A stretch of DNA of 64,000 nucleotides from Lingula anatina (GCA_051362555.1 CM120643.1:11506644-11570643), one strand, 5' to 3'; shown: positions 27,546 through 43,211, counted from the first letter of the stretch. Notes: generated by a model from the letters alone, not told the origin. Program-made: numbers and translations.

Positions 27546-28959
27546 CATTTTTCATAAATTAATCAGGGGCCAATTAATCTCGGGGTCCAACTAGCCCCGA
27601 TTTCCTGATCCCTTGCCCTTTGTTGCAAAAATGCGATCTTTTGCTTGGAAAAAAAAAGCTGTTTTGAAAATCATTATAAGGCTATTTTATATAAAAGGGC
27701 CATGCCTTTTTCTGTCACAAATGAAAGTTAGTCGCCCCTTTCTACGAGTATGTGGTATTTTAAAGATCCTTCTTCTTTTTCACCCGGGCCTGCCCCTAAA
27801 TGGCTTAATTTGCTACTTTTCGGTAGCTTATTACATGAAGGAATCATATGAAAGCCTTTTTTATTATTTCGCAAAGGCAAAAGAAATCCACGTTCTGTCG
27901 GGGACGTATACTTAGTGTGGAGTTGTTACATGTGATCTATAGAGAAATTCCCTCTAAAGAGCCTTGATGCCTTCACATTCGTGTTCACGAAGTTCACACA
28001 CTGACTTAACACCCAACCGCAATGTAGAGTTGCATTTGACGTGTTGAACGAAGTGTCCAAAAAAAATAAAATTGAATGAATTCAAAGTTGTATTAATTTA
28101 TATTTTAAATATATATGTGTGTAGAACAAATTTCCACGACTGTCTCAATTTTAATTTAGTTTTTACCATGTCTTTAAATACATAATGTACGTACGGAGCC
28201 GTAATTGATAACGTACGCTCCGGGAACGTACATGTTTGTCCCGGGTAATTTAATTTTAATTTTTATATCGCTTTCCCTATATTTTGTAGTGATTCAGTCA
28301 TGGTATATTATATATATAACGTAAGGATGTTTTTTTCTGATAAATATTTTTAAAAATTGTAACTCTAGGGGCTTTACGTCATGGCTAATAATATGTAACG
28401 TATGTTCGCTAGAAAAAAATGCCAGAAAGTTTCGTCTTACCCAGGTACTTGGTGCAATAGGAAACAGGTCTTTCTGTTGCTGACTGAAAATTATGTTGTA
28501 TTTCCATGATAGTTTGACATTTATGATACAATATTTGTACCACGAATGGAAAATAGTTTATTTATACATATTTTACTGTCGGTGGGGTGGATTTTCCCCG
28601 TGAAGTGACAAGCAAACTATAGTCGCTCAAAAACGATTATACAGAAGATTATCATTATTTTAATTTTTACGACGTTATACTTGTAGGAGATAAATCAAAG
28701 AACGGAACCAGTGATGATTGAATTTTCAACGTGAGTAAAACGTTTCACAGCAGGACGTTTTGTATTCGGGATAGTAGCGTACGTTCCTTTTCTAGGGCTA
28801 GGCGACTACTTCATTTTTACAATTCATGTTTCAAGGAGAGTGAAACATTGACATATACTTCTACATGTGGAACCCTAAAATAATCAAACAATTCATGGTT
28901 TCAGGTGAGTGAAATTTTGACACAAACTCCTTCATGTGGGACCCTAAAGTGATCGGTCC

Positions 28960-31933
28960 GTGTATGGGGGGGCAAAGTGATTTCCATTTCGTCAGAAAAT
29001 GAAAAAACGGCCGTTTTTCCTTTTCATTTGATAAATTGTCAAAGTGAAATGGAAAATCAACCTCGATTTTCGTTTTTCCTTTTAAAATGAAAAATGGAAA
29101 AACGAGATTATTTTTCGTTTTTTCCGCTTTTTTGTGACATAAAAAAAAAACAAAAAACGACAGATTTCCAAACGTGATAGAAAATAGAAACATCCACTGT
29201 TTTCCCATGTCAAGAGAGTGAAATATATTAGAAAATACGTCCTTTTCTCCTTCTGTGAAGAAATGAAGTATCGAAGCATGTTTATTTTTTGCCATTATGG
29301 TTTCAATGGAAAAACGGAAGTCAGTTCGTTTTTCTGATTTTCATTTTGGAAATAAAACTTGGAAAACGGAAGTATATAAAGACATACAGACAGAAAAATG
29401 GCAGCCCTTGAAACTTTGACTTCACGAGACTAGGATTATTCCTGGTTTTGTATAAGTATTCGGAGATTTAGTAAATTACTTTAAGAAAAATGAATTAAGG
29501 AATTTCAGAAATTCTATAAACTGTGGACAATTATGGAAAAACAATGCGCCCTCGCTGTGTGTGGTTCAGAAATATGAAATAGGCCCCTAGGTTAGTGTCT
29601 AGGTCAAAGTGGAGAAGAGATGAAGGTTGGATCTGTTTCTGTAAGGACTTTTTGTGACAAGATTTTGATAGAAAGTAGAAATTTTTATCATGAGAGAAAT
29701 ATTTGAATGTTTATTAAGTCGCCTGGACTGTAGTGCTGGTATAGCCTCAATTGATGTTCTTTTAACTAAGTAGGCCTACTGGTGCGTGCGACTGGGCAAA
29801 GCAGTTATGTAGCTGCACAAATTTTGTAGCTGTGTTTCTGTGGATAACACTGGATAAATTAATAAAATGTTTGTTAGAATCTTTACACCCCTGCGTCTTG
29901 TTGCTCTTGAATGTTATTGTTCCTTAGTCAAAGAAGTTATTGAGTTAGTTTTTACAAACCTACAGGGCCCTTTGCGCAATGCATTTGCGTTATTATCTTA
30001 TGTACGTAATCACAAACTAATAAACAAATTATGTATTTCCTCTTCCTAAACATTTTAATGCAACCTTTGGGGAGGGGGGGGGGTATTTTATTTTATAAAA
30101 ATTCACACATTTGCATCTTGAGTTTGACTCTCTTTTTTAATGCAATACGAGCGTTGGAACGGACAATCTCAAATATTCGTCGTGTTGATAAAAATAAGCT
30201 GTACATAGAAGGAAAAATAAGTGCAAGATTTCTCTCTTGTTTCAGTTTTTACTGCTGTTACTGTACAAACCAGCAACTAATCAGGTAACAAAAACAGGGG
30301 TGGATCCAAGATTATTTGAAGGGGGGGGGGGGGGTCCGCGGGTAAGCGTGTCATTGTTGTAATATTATAATATATTAATATATAACCTTTCGAAAAAATA
30401 AAGATGTTCAAAAAAACAGTCCTTGGATGCGAAGCCGACCCCTCTGGCGTGGGTTTCGGGGCCCGCTGAAAGGCATTTTAGAGAGTACCATTTGGTATGG
30501 TTTACAACTATGATTCAGCTGGTGAAAATTCTAATTTCAAGAGGGGATCATTGGTGTGAAATTTTTCATAAATCGAAAGGGTGGGGGGGGGGGGGGGATG
30601 TCAGGATCCCCACATAAATCCGCCACCTAAAATGTTCACCAACCTGTATCGATCAACTGTATCGATATTCTGAAGGAGTGAATGAGTATATCATCTAGTA
30701 AGGTCTTGACTTCCTAGCCCGTAGCTGTGTTTCAAGCATAATTAGATGTTTTGAAGGTACATTAAATGAATAAGACAACTGAATAAAAAACTAAGACCTT
30801 TAGTTTAAGAGAAAGTCTTTAACCCCCCCCCCCCTTAATCATGAAATGTTCCTGACGCCTTTTTGGCATTTCACAACCGTTTTGGTGGGTTTTTCTCTCT
30901 TAAAAATTTGCTTACAGCTAGGATAGACGATAATAATTTTGGTCCTAGCTTACAGATAGCCCCCCTACTCCCTTTCGGCCCTTTGACCGTAGATAACTGA
31001 TCAGCATTTTCTGACCAAACTTTCAAATAAGAGGAAACACGTGTTGCGATTAATCATTAAACAATAAGACTGATTTTAAAGAAGTAAGACTGATCAAGGA
31101 TGAGAACAAAGACAAATTGTTTAAGTTTTTAATCGTGCCGTTGAAGCTAAATGGTAGGCCTATATTATCTACAAATCAGCGGATCTACAATAAACAACAA
31201 CAAAAATATGACAATAACCAAATACTTTATTAAAACCTAATTTTCCATGAAAGTTATTCACAGTGGGTAGAGGGTTAAAACAGTCTGATTAGAATATATT
31301 TTCAGCACACAAACAGCTGGTACATGCACTGGGTGCAATAGGCCTATACCTGTCTGTTGCACAAAGTTGAACTCCCTTGTGCACACTAGTAATGTGCATA
31401 TCCCAAATTCTGCATTATTTATAGAAATAATTCATTGCATTTAAGCTTTATCTGACAGAATTTAGTCACCAATAACTTGCAGCCGCTGCCATTTCTCTGT
31501 CTGTGTGTCTGCACGTCCGTTTCTCCATTTTCATTCATAAAATGAAAATCAGAAAAACGAACGGACTTTCGTTTTTCTATTTGAATCGAAAATTGAATAA
31601 TGAACATTTTTCGAGCCTGTCATTTCCTCAAAGACACGGATAAAAGGGTATTTTATGATTTATTTCACCTGTTAAACATTAGAAAAAACGAAAACGGTCG
31701 ATATTTATATTTTTGTATCACATCGGGGATCTGTCGATATTGTATTTTGCATTTTATAGTAAAATATAAAAAACGAGGGCAATTTCCGTTTTTCCATTTT
31801 TCATTTTAAATGGAAAAACGAAAACTGAGTTTCATTTTCCACTACAGTTTGGCCATTTCTATAAAATGAAAATGAAAAACGGCCGTTTTTTCATTTTCTG
31901 ACGAAATGGAAATCACTTTGCCCCCCCATACAC
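28960..31933. mobile_element. ~3-kb foldback-type element with ~450-bp imperfect TIRs, inserted in the spacer before unit 1
   Basis: GTGTATGGGGGGGCAAAGTGATTTCCATTTCGTCAG... and its reverse complement at 31933; absent from the homologous sites at ~40475 and ~52265. Confidence 0.85.
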
Positions 31934-32294
31934 TGAGCATGTTTGCACCTCTGTATTGGGTTTGGTTGTTTTAAGCGAAAGAATCCACCAGGACCTACCT
32001 AAGTGCTCGCTGACATTCCTTTGCAAACCATAAAACCGGCTTCATTGCTACCCGTTTGCGCACATATACACATTAATTATCCGTCTTCCCATGAAGTGCA
32101 TGAGTAGGCATCTTGAAATTTAACTTTAACCAACTATTAATTATAATGCGAGTTCGTTTGCGCAATGATGACGTATCATCGGGATAGTTAGGATTAGCAA
32201 GTCATCAACTTTATTTCAGAAGAAACTACGTACGAATTGGCAATTCAGGACGGGCAATGTAAGCACTAATGGTTAAGCTTTTCTGATTTGTAGT

Positions 32295-32310
32295 GGTCCT
32301 GAAAAGGACC
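32295..32310 (-). terminator. H3 3' stem-loop (also 40874-40889, 52541-52556)
   Basis: GGTCCTTTTCAGGACC on minus, followed by AGAAAAGCT. Confidence 0.95.
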
Positions 32311-32335
32311 GTTTTGTTGAGAGTTAACGTTGAAG

Positions 32336-32830
<495 letters not shown>

Positions 32831-33305
32831 CTATTTGGTGATTGGATGACCCAAATTCCTGTCCTATTTCACGCGCACCTCATTGGATGTATTTTCATAA
32901 AAATCCATCGTTGAATATGTATAACTACCTGTGGGACAGGTGCGCTAAAATATGCAGCATTGAATCCGAGGCAGAGTGAAGGAATGGCATATTTCTGTAA
33001 TGTATCATCAAGTTTAGTGGATTTCTGAAAGAAATCAAAATTTGCAAAAGAAATATACTAATTAATTCCCGCCAATTAGGATCCAACGTCTGTAGCGTTC
33101 TTGAAGTGATCATCCTTAGCTAAGAAAAATATAATGATAGGTGAAATGTGTCTGAACTCTACGACTTGCAGACTTTGCCCAATCATATTGGCTCTACACG
33201 CATAAGTGTTCGTTTTGGCCAATCCAGTTAAGGTTTGGTGTTGAAGGTCGTTGGCGTCGGATAAGAAGGTATTTATAATCCAAAATTGGAAATTTTTCAT
33301 CATTC

Positions 33306-33739
33306 ACAAAAACAATTAGCAGGTTTGAAAATAGCCATCTATTCAAAGAACTTAAGCTAAAAAACATAATATTAAGCAAACCAGGCAAAAATACTACCCT
33401 TGACTTATATATATAATGGTACAAATTGTGCATATGAAACGGTCTAACGGTAGCGACCCCGGTCTCCCGATGACCGGAGGAAGAAAGGAAAAAATACAAC
33501 CCTGAAAAGGGCAACCTCAGTCCACAAAATAAGGATAAACACATCTGGGCTCCCGATGACCAGAGACAAGGAAATGGAATGAGAAAACACAATAATACTA
33601 AAAAGGCGGAGGAAAATAGGTATATAATATATGTATATTATATATAAAAATATTTATATTATAATAACAAACATCTGGAAAAAAAAAAAATTAACAAGCT
33701 GGAAGGGGCGGCCAGCGCGCAAACTGGAAAGAGACGGTC

Positions 33740-33771
<32 letters not shown>

Positions 33772-33917
33772 AAGCGAGACCAAAACCACGTACAGACAAA
33801 CAATAGAGGCAGAAGACAATAAACACGTTTTGGGGATTGAAAGAAGCTCTTGTATTTTAATGCACGAGACTTCGTAACTTTCCCGTGTCGGCTTCGCCGA
33901 CACAAAACCTATACATC
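33306..33917 (+). mobile_element. 5'-truncated non-LTR retrotransposon at the H4 cap site, unit 1
   Basis: 612 bp between TSDs ATTTTTCATCATTC (33292-33305, 33918-33931); matches the 3' part of the element at 41883-42861; empty site at ~55597. Confidence 0.93.
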
Positions 33918-33946
33918 ATTTTTCATCATTCTGACTACAGTCTTGA

Positions 33947-34267
<321 letters not shown>

Positions 34268-34293
34268 GCAAACCTCTCATTTACAAAACAAAC

Positions 34294-34309
34294 GGTCCTT
34301 TTCAGGACC
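34294..34309 (+). terminator. H4 3' stem-loop (also 43238-43253, 55972-55987)
   Basis: GGTCCTTTTCAGGACC + AGAAAAGCT. Confidence 0.95.
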
Positions 34310-34833
34310 AACAAATATCAAAGAAAAGCTATGCCAGTGAAGTTGAATTATTATATGTCCCCTGGCCTCTCTATGAACACCCCTTCCTCCCCGAAGACAA
34401 AAAAAACCTATATATTGTTACCCTGTAAGTCATACAAGCACCGAATATCATGTCAAATTAATGATTCACTGAAATATGCAGTTCTGCCTTTCAAGCGATA
34501 CAAAATATCTGCAAAATTAAAGTCTCCCGTCTTTTGCAACTATGGATATAGGTGATGTAGGCCTAATTCAGTCGGCAAATTGAAACCGGGGTACAACGCA
34601 TCATCATATCCTCGGCAGTTAGTGATGACCACTCACAACAGGTGATAATCTGCTTGCGGCTATTAAAAGTAGCCTCTTGAATGTTGAAGAAATAAACGAT
34701 GTAAAGAGAACATCCTAAAATTTAAATCCTCTAAGCTACTATTATTTTTCAAAAAACCAACTGGAAAATGTTGTTAGGGCGAAGTACGTAGTCAAGGAAC
34801 TTAAATCTTACTTAGCACAGTAAAGTAAACTGA

Positions 34834-35285
34834 CAGAGCTCATGACATATTCTGTTTCGAACATAAGATATCTAATTCAGTATAAACAGAGTGGAAAAAA
34901 GATATCATGGTGAAATAGTCTTTTTTTTTTAAAAAGCTATTATATCCTTTTTATTGCTTTTAAATTTGACTATGTAGTTGTAGATTTTTATTTATAATAT
35001 TGTCAACAGTGCTGAAGTGTATGTTTAAGGCACTTGAAAGAGATTTTTTTTTTAAATAATTTTTTTATCAGAGCTCATGACATAATCTGTTTCGAGCATT
35101 AGATATCTAATTCAGATAAAAAAGATATCATGGTGAAATTGTCTTTTTTAAAGCTATTATAACCTTTTTTATTGCTTTTAAGTTTGTCTTTGTAGTTGTA
35201 GATTTTTATTTATCATATTGTCAACAGTGCTGAAGTGTATGTTTAAGGCACTTGAAAGAGATATTTTTTTAAATAATTTTTTTAT
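34834..35285. repeat. ~230-bp tandem duplication in the H4-H2B spacer (all three units)
   Basis: CAGAGCTCATGACATA... begins at ~34834 and again at ~35069. Confidence 0.85.
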
Positions 35286-35874
35286 CTGCCACAAATGTCA
35301 GAAAGGCCAAACAGAAGAGGAAAATATTTCTTTACTGCCTAGCCTTGTGTGCTGTGCTTTGCTAAAACCATAGCAGCTCCAATATCTCGTTGCTGTTAAC
35401 AAATAAATCAAATAAATTCACCAGGATACACAGTGATCTCCCCTAATTTAAATGCATTTGTCATATACTCTATAAATAAAAAAAGTAAAGCGTGCGCTAA
35501 TCAGCAGTGTAGGGATGCATGACAATTAACGAGTGAACCTTGCTTCAGAAAAAGACAGTATTTTAGCTGAGTGTGAATCTTTTTCAGGCGAGTGACTAAG
35601 AATAACTACAGAAAGCACTATGCTAAATAGTGAAGCAGAAAATTAAAATTGTGTGCCGAGGTTCATCATTGCCTCTACTTTTCAAACTAGTGTGTGATAA
35701 TTCACTTAGTGGTTTAAGTGTTGAGAATCATGACCATAATAGGAGCAGAGGAAATGCTATGTATGTGCAAAAAAACTACGTAGAATGCAAAACGATTCCT
35801 TCAGTGGTGCGAACACGATAATTCCAGTTAGTTCTTAATAACATTTGGTATAGCTTTTCTGGAAAGATGTGGTT

Positions 35875-35890
35875 GGTCCTGAAAAGGACC
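35875..35890 (-). terminator. H2B 3' stem-loop (also 44812-44827, 57553-57568)
   Basis: GGTCCTTTTCAGGACC on minus + AGAAAAGCT. Confidence 0.95.
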
Positions 35891-35919
35891 GTTTTGTGTA
35901 AATCAGCGACTGTGTTGAT

Positions 35920-36288
35920 TTACTTGGAGCTGGTGTACTTGGTGACGGCCTTTGTGCCCTCACTGACAGCGTGCTTGGCAAGCTCACCAGGCAACAAGAG
36001 ACGGACAGCAGTCTGGACCTCTCGGCTGGTGATGGTGGAACGCTTGTTGTAGTGGGCAAGGCGGGAAGCTTCACCGGCAATACGTTCAAAGATGTCATTG
36101 ACAAAGCTGTTCATGATGCTCATGGCTTTGCTGGAGATACCGGTGTCAGGGTGCACCTGTTTCATCACCTTGTAGATGTAGATGCTGTAGCTTTCCTTTC
36201 TCTTCCTCCTTCTCTTCTTGTCACCACTGCGTGCTGCCTTAGCCTTACCGGCTTTCTTGGCGCCCTTGGAGCTCACTTTGGGAGGCAT
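35920..36288 (-). CDS. H2B: Histone H2B, unit 1
   Basis: 122-aa canonical H2B ([31 protein letters not shown]). Confidence 0.99.
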   Translation of the reverse strand: MPPKVSSKGAKKAGKAKAARSGDKKRRRKRKESYSIYIYKVMKQVHPDTGISSKAMSIMNSFVNDIFERIAGEASRLAHYNKRSTITSREVQTAVRLLLPGELAKHAVSEGTKAVTKYTSSK

Positions 36289-36347
36289 GGTACTTGTATT
36301 CTAGCGTGCAATATGAACGTTGAATACTGCAGGAAGAGAGCGTTTTG

Positions 36348-36420
36348 TATAAATACAACGCGTTATGCAAATAAGGGGATCCAGCGCTACACGTTGTGAA
36401 ATTCACAATCGGATTGGTTG
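36348..36420 (-). promoter_or_regulatory. H2B promoter: TATA, octamer (H2B box), CCAAT
   Basis: Minus strand TATTTATA (36348-36355), CCTTATTTGCATAA with octamer at 36365-36372, CCAAT at ~36413-36417; same in all units. Confidence 0.8.
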
Positions 36421-37031
36421 AAGTTCCCAGCGCGCAACAGATGCAGCGTCGAAGCCGAGGCAAAGTAGCATTTCACTGAACATGAAAGCACTTACAGTCC
36501 AACATGGACTCATCATTAACGAAAACAACTTGCGTATATTATGCTGATATATTCAAGTCCTTGACAGCAGTTCATGTGTCAAAACAAGACGTTATCTTCA
36601 ATGAGCTGTCAAAGTAATGATTTGATTGCAATCAAGTAGCTGGCAGCAATTAAGGTGTCTAAGTCTGTCACCTTGTTAACTTAAAATAAGAGCAATACAA
36701 CTCAAGTCTATATGAGGTATTCACCCCTCAAACCGTGCTCATTATATCTTTAACAATATTAATAAAAATTACGTTATTGGAAGGAGGATGTGTGAAACAC
36801 TTGTTTTGTATCATGCAAAACCATATGTACCTATAGTTATTTCACGGCCCCTGTAAACTTCATGCTGGTACCAAATAATCTAATAGATTTATGCAAATTA
36901 GAGGCTCGAGTGCTGCACAGTGAGAACGAGGGCAAGTTAAGCGCTCTCTTTACCTATTGGCAGTTATTCCGACTACGCTGTCTTATTGGACAGATTTGCG
37001 TGCAGCACTGAATCCCCACCGATGGCTATAA

Positions 37032-37475
<444 letters not shown>

Positions 37476-37502
37476 ATTGCTGTTTGCAAATTTACAACAA
37501 AC

Positions 37503-37518
37503 GGTCCTTTTCAGGACC
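37503..37518 (+). terminator. H2A 3' stem-loop (also 46454-46469, 59179-59194)
   Basis: GGTCCTTTTCAGGACC + AGAAAAGCT. Confidence 0.95.
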
Positions 37519-38265
37519 AACCAAATATTCATAGAAAAGCTACGCCAATGAAGTTCATTATGAATTAATCAGTTTCACAATCTCTTACTTGCCTCTCTCG
37601 TAGTGGCAGACCTGATTAATCCCGCCTTGCTCCATATATTGTGAATGTGAATGCATATATAGATAAGTAATAATCCTAATCACCCAGACTGAATACTGAG
37701 CTCCATTTCGAAAAAAGTGAAAAATGAAGTTGAAGAAGTAATATTTGCGAATTCAACTTTTTTATTTTATTTTAATCTCTGGTGACAGAAAGCGATGTTT
37801 TTATATGTGGACAATTTAAATTTTAGCTTGGGAAATTAGACGCAATAAGCTTTTTATTGAGTCATTCAAAAGAAAAATTATAGGCATTAACTGAAACGTT
37901 AGACATAATCCTCGCTTCTTGATAAGTTGCAGACCTCTTTATTGAGAATGGGTGTAATACGTGAAATAAAATGTGATAAAACAGTCATCAGTAGCTATAG
38001 TTTGTTTTTTCCCCCTACACATACAGACTGATATATTAAAAAAGGGGCAAATCAATCCTCATAATTGGGCTACCTATACATAGCAGGCAGCCGTTTTTAA
38101 GAAACACATTAGATATATCAAATATGAAAATACAAATAGGATAATATAAGCTGCGATATTTTCAATGAAAGACATCCTCAATGAGATAACGGAACTAACT
38201 GGCATAATACCATGTACAAGTCAAGCTTTTCTGTCTTGAAAACATACAAGTTACAAATCAAAACT

Positions 38266-38267
38266 TT

Positions 38268-38303
<36 letters not shown>

Positions 38304-39077
38304 TGATTTATTATTATTATTATTATTGCACATCTGAGTAAACAGTGGTATTTTAAAGACAACCACGGCTTAATTGCTAAATTTCGAAAACGTTTTAAAA
38401 CGCGGACAGTGGTTACACATAATGCTACTTTCAGACTTTTAGGTAGCGTATTCATCACACTTAATTGTAATCTATAAATGTATTTTACGCATTTCAATTC
38501 AATCTAATTTATTAACCTTTGAGCCCTACGTCTCATCAGAATGTAATACAGTGACCATTTAAAGTTATATGAACTCAACTACTACTACTACTACTACAAC
38601 AACAACTACTACTGATACAAATAATAATAATATTTCATCGGACTGACGTTAATCTTAGCTCCGATGCACATTTTAAGTGTATTCCTAAGTTGTTTAATTG
38701 TGAGACGTTGTTAAGTGATAATAATTTAATTAGTTCAAAGACGCTTGGCTTTGTATAATAAAATTTCTTGATGTATTTCTGCCTAATCGTATTTTAGTGA
38801 GGCATTTAAGGATCAAGTGAATTTCATCCTCTACATCGTTTAAATTGCATAACTTACAGATTCTTAATTTCTTATTTGTGTCTGTGTACCTGCCGGTCTC
38901 TACAGGTAGATTATGTGACGAAAGCCTAAATTTTGCGATAAATTCCTTATTTTTCTGTGAAATTGGCTTATTCAAACAAAATTGCACTATGAAATTATCG
39001 ACAAAATATTGATACAAAAACCCTTTACTCGCTGTGAATATTTCCCCGGTCAGTACTTGTCTAAAATGATCTTTCAT
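38266..39077 (-). mobile_element. RTE-X-like LINE 3' fragment, spacer copy 2
   Basis: Near-identical to 26756-27545. Confidence 0.75.
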
Positions 39078-40914
39078 TACTTAAATTTTTCATAAATTAA
39101 TCAGGGGCCAATTAATCTCGGGGTCCAACTAGCCCCGATCTCCTGATCCCTTACCCTTTGTTGCAAAAATGCGATCTTTTGCTTGGAAAAACAAAGCTGT
39201 TTTGAAAATCATTATAAGGCTATTTTATGTAAAAGGGCCATGCCTTTTTTCTGTCACAAATGAAAGTTCGTCGCCCCTTTCTACGAGTATGTGGTGTTTT
39301 AAAGATATCCTTCTTCTTTTTCTTCCGGGCCTGCCCCTAAATGCCTTAATTTGCTACTTTTCGGTAGCTTATTACATGAAGGAATCATATGAAAGCCTTT
39401 TTTTATTATTTCGCAAAGGCAAAAGAAATCCACGTTCTGTCGGGGACGTATACTTAGTGTGGAGTTGTTACATGTGATCTATAGAGAAATTCCCTCTAAA
39501 GAGCCTTGATGCCTTCACATTCGTGTTCACGAAGTTCACACACTGACTTAACACCCAACCGCAATGTAGAGGTGCATTTTACGTGTTGAACGAAGTGTCC
39601 AAAAAAAAATAAAATTGAATGAATTCAAAGTTGTATTAATTTATTTAAATATATATGTGTGTAGAACAAATTTCCACGACTGTCTCAATTTTAATTTAGT
39701 TTTTACCATGTCTTTAAATACATGATGTACGTACGGAGCCGTAATTGATAACGTACGCTCCGGGAACGTACATGTTTGTCCCGGGTCATTTAATTTTAAT
39801 TTTTATATCGCTTTCCGTATATTTGTAGTGATTCAGTCATGGTATATTAAAGGATGTTTTATAAATATTTTTAAAACTTGTAACTCTAGGGGCTTTACGT
39901 CATGGCTAATAATATGTAACGTATGTTCGCCCGAAAAAATTGCCAGAAAGTTTCGTCTTACCCAGGTACTTGGTGCAATAGGAAACAGGTCTTTCTGTTG
40001 CTGACTGAAAATTATGTTGTGATTCCATGATAGTTTGACATTTATGATACAATATTTGTACCACGAATGGAAAATAGTTTATTTATACATATTTTACTGT
40101 CGGTGGAGTGGATTTTCCCCGTGAAGTGACAAGTAAACTATAGTCGCTCAAAAACGATTATACAGAAGATTATCATTATTTTAATTTTTACGACGTTATA
40201 CTTGTAGGAGATAAATCAAACAAACGGAACCAGTGATGATTGAATTTTCAACGTGAGTAAAACGTTTCACAGCAGGACGTTTTGTATTCGGGACAGTAGC
40301 GTACGTTCCTTTTCTAGGGCTAGGCGATGACTTCATTTTTACAATTCATGTTTCAAGGAGAGTGAAACATTGACATATACTTCTGCATGTGGAACCCTAA
40401 AATAATCAAACAATTCATGGTTTCAAATGAGTGAAATTTTGATACAAACTCCTTCACGTGGGACCCTAAAGTGATCAAGCACAGTTTACAATCTGTGCAC
40501 TAATCATTTTTAAGAGCATGTTTGCACCTCTGTATTGGGTTTGGTTGTTTTAAGCGAAAGAATCCACCAGGACCTACCTAAGTGCTCGCTGACATTCCTT
40601 TGCAAACCATAAAACCGGCTTCATTGCTACCCGTTTGCGCACATATACACATTAATTATCCGTCTTCCCATGAAGTGCATGAGTAGGCATCTTGAAATTT
40701 AACTTTAACCAACTATTAATTATAATGCGAGTTCGTTTGCGCAATGATGACGTATCATCGGGATAGTTAGGATTAGCAAGTCATCAACTTTATTTCAGAA
40801 GAAACTACGTACGAATTGGCAATTCAGGACGGGCAATGTAAGCACTAATGGTTTAGCTTTTCTGATTTGTAGTGGTCCTGAAAAGGACCGTTTTGTTGAG
40901 AGTTAACGTTGAAG

Positions 40915-41409
<495 letters not shown>

Positions 41410-41882
41410 CTATTTGGTGATTGGATGACCCAAATTCCTGTCCTATTTCACGCGCACCTCATTGGATGTATTTTCATAAAAATCCATCGTTGAATATGTA
41501 TAACTACCTGTGGGACAGGTGCGCTAAAATATGCAGCATTGAATCCGAGGCAGAGTGAAGGAATGGCATATTTCTGTAATGTATCATCAAGTTTAGTGGA
41601 TTTCTGAAAGAAATCAAAATTTTCAAAAGAAATATACTAATTAATTCCCACCAATTAGGATCCAACGTCTGTAGCGTTCTTGAAGTGATCATCCTTAGCT
41701 AAGAAAAATATAATGATAGCTGAAATGTGTCTGAACTCTACGACTTGCAGACTTTGCCCAATCATATTGGCTCTACACGCATAAGTGTTCGTTTTGGCCA
41801 ATCCAGTTAAGGTTTGGTGTTGAAGGTCGTTGGCGTCGGATAAGAAGGTATTTATAATCCAAAATTGGAAAATTTTTCATCA

Positions 41883-42662
41883 GTGAGGAAGTCACACTGC
41901 TGGGAATCACATTCGACAGAAAACTAGGTTTCAAAAAACACGTAGACAACACAGTGAAAAGAGCTAGGAAAAGAACTGGCCTTCTCATAAGACTCAGAGG
42001 AACAAACTGGGGGGCATCGAGTGCCTGCCTCCTCAAACTATATAAATCCTTCATTCGGCCCGTACTTGAGTACGGGGCAGTTATACTAGCTGGCATCAAC
42101 AAGACAAGGCTCAAAGATCTGCAAAAAATCCAGAATAGAGCGCTACGAATAGCGCTCAAATTACCAACAAAAACTTCGATCGTAACGCTGCACAAGCTGG
42201 CCAACATTGAATATATATCAAGCAGACTATTTTTTCTGGGCACAAAAACAATTAGCAGGTTCGAAAATAGCCATCTATTCAAAGAACTTAAGCTAAAAAA
42301 CATAATATTAAGCAAACCAGGCAAAAATACTACCCTTGACTTATATAAATAATGGTACAAATTGTGCATATGAAACGGTCTAACGGTAGCGACCCCGGTC
42401 TCCCGATGACCGGAGGAAGAAAGGAAAAATACAACCCTGAAAAGGGCAACCTCAGTCCACAAAATAAGGATAAACACATCTGGGCTCCCGATGACCAGAG
42501 ACAAGGAAATGGAATGAGAAAACACAATAATACTATAAAGGCGGAGGAAAAAAGGTATATAATATATGTATATTATATATAAAAATATTTATATTAACAA
42601 ACATCTGGAAAAAATTAACAAGCTGGAAGGGGCGGCCAGCGCGCAAACTGGAAAGAGACGGT

Positions 42663-42703
<41 letters not shown>

Positions 42704-42861
42704 CCAAGCGAGGCCAAAACCACGTACAGACAAACAATAGAGGTAGAAGACAATAAACACGTTTTGGGGATTGAAAGAAGCTCTTGTATTTTAATGCACG
42801 AGACTTCGGAACTTTCCCGTGTCGGCTTCGCCGACACATACCTATACATCATCTATTTTTC
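41883..42861 (+). mobile_element. 5'-truncated non-LTR retrotransposon (Jockey/I-group-like) at the H4 cap site, unit 2
   Basis: Open frame LLGITFDRKLGFKKHV..RGTNWGAS..FIRPVLEYGA..QNRALR (RT thumb and C-terminus) ending at 42352, then ~500-nt 3'UTR; TSD ATTTTTCATCA (41872-41882, 42862-42872). Confidence 0.94.
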
Positions 42862-42890
42862 ATTTTTCATCATTCTGACTACAGTCTTGA

Positions 42891-43211
<321 letters not shown>

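Noticed and set aside
27613-27915. ~100-aa plus-strand ORF recurring in each spacer
   Set aside because: Frameshifts differ among copies and there is no recognisable domain
33741-33770. A-run as the LINE poly(A) tail
   Set aside because: It is internal; the element continues ~150 bp to the TSD
33837-33875. Hammerhead ribozyme in the LINE 3'UTR
   Set aside because: TGAAAGAAG..GAGAC only loosely resembles the CUGANGA/GAAA core; required residues are missing
41773-42525. 250-aa minus-strand ORF
   Set aside because: Antisense shadow of the LINE ORF2 running into the H4 promoter
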